A DNA stretch of 64,000 nucleotides, from positions 6,956 through 70,955 of the forward strand of contig JAGBHZ010000003.1 in the NCBI GenBank assembly GCA_017935245.1, read 5' to 3'. The notes under the pieces are model-generated. The model was given only the letters and a program-made list of their open reading frames with translations, made no database searches and was not told the origin of the DNA. Made by a program: the position numbers and the translations under genes. This document shows, one piece after another, positions 60,147-64,000 of the stretch. Source of the stretch: Alphaproteobacteria bacterium (lineage in GTDB: Bacteria; Pseudomonadota; Alphaproteobacteria; Rs-D84). Position 1 is the first letter of the stretch. Every line of letters starts with the position of its first letter.

Positions 60147-62174
60147 ATGAAGGTCTTTGTTGATGTGCATGATAAGCGGTGGAAAAAATATAAAATCGAT
60201 TTTGAAAAAATCGTAAATGAAATTGATTTGCCAAAATACAAAAATGCAGAAGTGTCGATTGTATTGGTCGATGATGCGGAAATTCATGCACTTAATCGTG
60301 AATACCGTGGCAAAGACGCACCAACAAATGTTTTATCATTTGAACTGGGGGATGATGTGCTGATGGGGGATATTTATATATCATTAGACACCGTCCGACG
60401 CGAGGCGGCCCAGCAAAATAAAACCGTCCCAGAACATACCGCACATATGGTTGTGCATGGTGTATTACACCTGGGGGGGTATGACCATTTAGATGATATT
60501 CAGGCCAAGAAAATGGAAAGCAAAGAAATTAAAATTTTATCAAAAATGGGAATAAAAAATCCATATCTGGACGATGATGGTGATTTTGTGTGTTGTGATG
60601 CGTCGTGCTGTCCGGGGGCGGGGGTGTTTGCGTTTCTGGATAAACTAAAAATACGCGAAGATTCATTTTGGCAATATGCGCTGTACGCAGTGTTTGGGGC
60701 GTTTGCCGCGTTTGGGTTTGCACCGTTTAATATGTGGTGGCTGACAATTTTATGTTTTATGGGGGCGTATTGGTTGACGGTGCGCGCAACGAAAAAAATA
60801 GGTTTATGGGGGGCGTTTTTGCGCACAATGCCATTTGGTGCAATGTATGGCGTTTCAATGTTTTGGTGGGTGCTGAATTCAATTTATGTTGTGCCGGAAT
60901 TAACGCAACAATATGCAATATGGACCGTCCCAGGAATTGTCGGATTGGCATTGGCGGGGGCAATAATATTTGGTGTGCCGTTTGCAATATTACGCGCTAT
61001 GCGCATGAAATCTGCGGCGCGTCCGTTTTTCTTTGCAGCTGTTTGGGTAATAGTGTTGTGGTTGCGTGAATGGTTGTTCACGGGTTTCCCATGGAATCCA
61101 ATTGCAAATATTGCAATGCCATTTCCAATTTTGGCAAATTCTATGTCGTTATGGGGGGCGTTGGGATTAACGTTTGTTATTGTTGGTTTTATGGCGTCGA
61201 TTGTTGAGTTTTTACGCGAATACAAAAATCGTACGGTGATTGAAACAATGATTGTGTTTGTTGTTTTATTGCTGGTTGGATGTGTTGCGGGCCATGAAAA
61301 CATGCGTATAGCCGATAATGGTGCCGATTTAAATCCCCAGTTAATTCGTGTGGTGCAACCGGCGTTTTCACAATCGCAAAAGGCAACACATAATCGCGCG
61401 ATGGCAATAAAAAATGCAGAAGAAAATCTGGGTAAATTATTGTTTTTGGGGGTGGGGGACACAACACCAGATTTGATTGTATATCCAGAAACAACGTATC
61501 CGTGTGTTGTTGTTGATGGGGATGAAATGCCGTTGGGGGTGGCGTTGGGGACAAATGTAATTGTTGGTGCAACAACATACAATCCATCGGTTGGATTACA
61601 GAATTCATTAATTGTGTCTGATGAAAATAGCCAGATTTTGGGCGTGTACAGCAAATCGCACCTGGTGCCGTTTGGGGAATATAGGCCATTGGGGATATTG
61701 CCGGCACCGGCAAATTTAGCGCCCGGTAATGGCCCAGAATTAATCAGTTTGAATATCGCAGGACGTGATTTTGTTTTCGCGCCGGCGGTATGCTATGAAA
61801 TTATTTTCTCGGATTCACTGATACCAAATGGGGCGGGATTAAATCCAGATGCAATTATAAATATTACAAATGATAACTGGTTCGGGAAAACGCCGGGAAC
61901 ATATCAACATCTGGATATGGTGCGCCGTTATGCGATTGAATCAGGTTTGCCGGTTATTCGCGCGAACTATTCAGGTATCAGCGCGTTTGTCGGTGCAGAT
62001 GGCGTGATAATAGAAAGTATGCCAATTGGTGCGTCGGGACATATTGATGGTTTTGTGTGGGGGGCGCATATGACGCCATATCGGGCAATTGGTATGAATT
62101 GGTGGTTTATTATCATATTGGCGTTTGCGTCGATTTCATCACTGGCGATGTGTGTGATTGATAAGGATAATTAA
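60147..62174 (+). CDS. Fusion protein: endoribonuclease YbeY (aa 1 to about 140) plus apolipoprotein N-acyltransferase Lnt (aa about 175-675)
   Basis: YbeY: NVLSF, HMVVHGVLHLGGYDH. Linker: DDDGDFVCCDASCCPGAG. Lnt: multi-TM N-domain plus CN-hydrolase VVQPAFSQSQK, YSKSHLVPFGEY, FAPAVCYEIIF. GGAGG SD before ATG 60147. Confidence 0.85.
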   Translation: MKVFVDVHDKRWKKYKIDFEKIVNEIDLPKYKNAEVSIVLVDDAEIHALNREYRGKDAPTNVLSFELGDDVLMGDIYISLDTVRREAAQQNKTVPEHTAHMVVHGVLHLGGYDHLDDIQAKKMESKEIKILSKMGIKNPYLDDDGDFVCCDASCCPGAGVFAFLDKLKIREDSFWQYALYAVFGAFAAFGFAPFNMWWLTILCFMGAYWLTVRATKKIGLWGAFLRTMPFGAMYGVSMFWWVLNSIYVVPELTQQYAIWTVPGIVGLALAGAIIFGVPFAILRAMRMKSAARPFFFAAVWVIVLWLREWLFTGFPWNPIANIAMPFPILANSMSLWGALGLTFVIVGFMASIVEFLREYKNRTVIETMIVFVVLLLVGCVAGHENMRIADNGADLNPQLIRVVQPAFSQSQKATHNRAMAIKNAEENLGKLLFLGVGDTTPDLIVYPETTYPCVVVDGDEMPLGVALGTNVIVGATTYNPSVGLQNSLIVSDENSQILGVYSKSHLVPFGEYRPLGILPAPANLAPGNGPELISLNIAGRDFVFAPAVCYEIIFSDSLIPNGAGLNPDAIINITNDNWFGKTPGTYQHLDMVRRYAIESGLPVIRANYSGISAFVGADGVIIESMPIGASGHIDGFVWGAHMTPYRAIGMNWWFIIILAFASISSLAMCVIDKDN

Positions 62175-62377
62175 CCATTTATAACCTGGTTCAAAATCCA
62201 AACGCGGATGGCGGATGATAAATTTGTGTCTGGCGCGCGGCTGTTATCAATTTCACAAATTATCGATGCGACCGATACACCGCGTGCGGCGGCGATTCGT
62301 TTTAGTACATCAATAAATTCTGGTTCCAGGGTAATACTGGTTTGATGGCCCGACAAAGATACAGATATTTTTTTCAT
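62171..62377 (-). CDS. Ribbon-helix-helix (RHH_4-type) protein
   Basis: KKISVSLSGHQTSITLEPEFIDVLKRIAAARGVSVASIICEIDNSR...NLSSAIRVWIL. Its stop overlaps the lnt stop. Confidence 0.65.
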   Translation of the reverse strand: MKKISVSLSGHQTSITLEPEFIDVLKRIAAARGVSVASIICEIDNSRAPDTNLSSAIRVWILNQVING

Positions 62378-62379
62378 AC

Positions 62380-62814
62380 TTAAAATTTCCCGGCAATTAA
62401 ACAATCGGTTAATGCGCGATATGGATCGTCGTATTTACGCAATATGCGCAATGTTAAATTATCCAACATATAGCATGTGCCAAACGCATCAAATGCAAAC
62501 CAAAACAAATCGTTGCGACCAAATATGGTCTTGCCGGTCGTTCCGGGTAATCCAGATATATCACGATTAATTTCAACCAGACCAGGGACCGGTGTGCGTG
62601 GACCGTTGGTAAATTCGTTTGGGCCAAATATATATCCACTGTCCATTGCGATGCCGCCGGCGTGCGAATACAGTTCAATCATAAACATTGGTAATATCGC
62701 CGCACGGATGTGTTGTAACACGGAATTTGTTTGAATAATTTCATGTTGGGGGGCCGGTGGGGCAATTGTTGCACCACGTGATTGCATTGATGATATAAAT
62801 TCATGACATGTCAT
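62380..62814 (-). CDS. SMI1/KNR4 (SUKH)-like protein, possible immunity protein
   Basis: PPAPQHEIIQTNSVLQHIRAAILPMFMIELYSHAGG...GYIFGPNE...LFWFAFDAFGTCYMLD pattern is compatible with SUKH-1. Confidence 0.4.
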   Translation of the reverse strand: MTCHEFISSMQSRGATIAPPAPQHEIIQTNSVLQHIRAAILPMFMIELYSHAGGIAMDSGYIFGPNEFTNGPRTPVPGLVEINRDISGLPGTTGKTIFGRNDLFWFAFDAFGTCYMLDNLTLRILRKYDDPYRALTDCLIAGKF

Positions 62815-62831
62815 CGCCTGTGTTTCCCCCG

Positions 62832-63335
62832 TTATTCCCGGCCGGCCGCCAATTGCGCCGCCATTTGGGCCAATCTGTCTTCGGTTGCGTTCCCACCATC
62901 ACCACCGCCGGTGGTATGGGCGGGAATATAAATTTTTTTCGCAGGATTGGGCAGCCATATGCTTTCCGCGCCAGATTGGGATATTATAAATCGGTCAAGT
63001 TTTTGGGCGTGCGGAAATGTCCAGCACATAAACATATTGTCGATTTCCATTTTCCCACCCCATGTTAATGGAATACGAAAGCGAAATGACATGTTCTTTG
63101 GAATGCTTTGGCCCATAAGCAGGGACATAAATTCATCCTGGTCCAGATTCATAAATGCCAGTTCTTGGACGGAATCAGTTAAACTGGTAACAAAATTATG
63201 ACACAATTCTTTGTATTTCTTGAACCAATCGGGGGATAATGCGGTCGGGGTCGGCACGATTTCCATTATTGGCATGTCGTTCATACCCATATCAGCCAAT
63301 ATTTTTTCGGCGGTTGCCTGGTTCAATTGCATCAC
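62832..63335 (-). CDS. Hypothetical protein with weak HNH/colicin-DNase-like core
   Basis: FRIPLTWGGKMEIDNMFMCWTFPHAQKLD compared with colicin-type HH.KPISQNGGVYDMDNI.VVTPKRHIDIH. The first His pair is absent. ATG overlaps the upstream gene's stop (ATGA). Confidence 0.3.
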   Translation of the reverse strand: MMQLNQATAEKILADMGMNDMPIMEIVPTPTALSPDWFKKYKELCHNFVTSLTDSVQELAFMNLDQDEFMSLLMGQSIPKNMSFRFRIPLTWGGKMEIDNMFMCWTFPHAQKLDRFIISQSGAESIWLPNPAKKIYIPAHTTGGGDGGNATEDRLAQMAAQLAAGRE

Positions 63336-64000
63336 AGTTTCCCTATGTATTCAATAACCGTTGATATGTAATCAGAATACGCATCAAAGTTTCCATCATC
63401 ATCGGCCGGTAATGGCGGATTTGGATGTTCACGCATATATTGGCCCAGGTTTTCAATACTGTCAAATGTTAAAATGTCGGGTGCAGACGGTGATGCGCCG
63501 TCGGTTGGATTAATGACAAATGCGGTAATGTATATATCAACCCCGTCAAGTGTGTCAGAAAATATGTGGGCCAATTTATTCGCGCATGATTGCATGTCAG
63601 ATGTAGATATATTGGATGCGCCAAGATATAAAACTTCGCCGGTGCCAATGGCAAGAATGTCCATGCGTTTGCCATTGATAAATGGTTCGCGTTTAAGGAC
63701 ATAATGGGCCGATGAAAATATTTCACGCAATTCTGATAAATCAATGGCGGCGGTTGGTGCGGGGGCGTTTGTCGTGTTGGTAATGGCCGGTGTGGGTGTG
63801 GCCGGTGTTGCAACGACCGGTGTTTGTGGCGCCGCGGCAAATGTGTTTGATGGCGCAATGTTTAGGCGCGGTGGCCGTGATAAAATTGGGGCCGATGTTG
63901 TTGGTGCGCCCAGTGGGGCCGGCGTCGTATCCGGTGTTTTATTTTGTGTTGGGGATGGCGCCGGATGGGGTGTTAAATTTATCCTGCGCTTACGTGGACG
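63332..64000 (-). CDS. C-terminal part of a larger protein: Pro/Thr/Ala-rich linker plus about 130-aa globular domain (5' end outside window)
   Basis: Frame is open to nt 64000 (RPRKRRINLTPHPAPSPTQNKTPDTTPAPLGAPTTSAP...PATPTPAITNTTNAPAPTAAAIDLSELREIF...). The tracked TTG start at 63730 is therefore probably internal. Confidence 0.5.
   Translation of the reverse strand, partial: RPRKRRINLTPHPAPSPTQNKTPDTTPAPLGAPTTSAPILSRPPRLNIAPSNTFAAAPQTPVVATPATPTPAITNTTNAPAPTAAIDLSELREIFSSAHYVLKREPFINGKRMDILAIGTGEVLYLGASNISTSDMQSCANKLAHIFSDTLDGVDIYITAFVINPTDGASPSAPDILTFDSIENLGQYMREHPNPPLPADDDGNFDAYSDYISTVIEYIGKL

Overview
64 kb chromosomal window, most likely from a moderately AT-rich alphaproteobacterium. 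The taxon call rests on an alpha-type AddB, a Ros/MucR regulator, an RHH_4-type protein, a single-permease LolCD system and divergent lpoA/rsmI. The backbone is housekeeping: uvrB(3' part), tsaE, lolCD, ftsQ, ftsA-like, tRNA-Gly/Tyr, rsmI, engB, addB, mnmE, ruvA, yebC, xthA, recA, typA, serS, trxB, xerD, lptF/G, greA, mutL, yajC-secDF, rarA, ybeY, lnt. Several accessory modules are interspersed. (1) A two-gene cassette encoding signal-peptide-bearing, cysteine-rich small proteins (A/B pairs) recurs at about 31.2, 38.8 and 55.5 kb. Related Cys-rich exoproteins lie at 1.5, 37.0, 49.9 and 53.0 kb. (2) Each cassette has its own sigma70-like promoter and a long structured 5' leader ending in an intrinsic terminator just before the SD. 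Two leaders (38.5 kb and 49.7 kb) are homologous and show compensatory changes in an anti-antiterminator/antiterminator/terminator arrangement. I consider this candidate cis-regulatory RNA plus exoprotein system the most novel signal in the window. (3) The 49.9-56.4 kb locus adds two paralogous beta-barrel OMPs and a 715-aa Arg/Thr-rich, Cys-rich secreted protein. (4) A six-gene glycosyltransferase island follows recA. (5) About 100-nt palindromic repeat arrays flank xthA-fadD. (6) There are two unusual in-frame gene fusions, FtsA-like::Rpe and YbeY::Lnt. (7) rarA carries an in-frame TAA, and a TPR ORF has no start codon and sits behind an A-rich tract. (8) A Slam-like OMP lies next to an LpoA-like lipoprotein, and a secretin-like lipoprotein is cotranscribed with lolCD. 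(9) An HNH-like/SUKH/RHH cluster sits at the right edge. No CRISPR array, rRNA, transposase or prophage was seen. All functional calls come from motif recognition by eye; no database search was possible.
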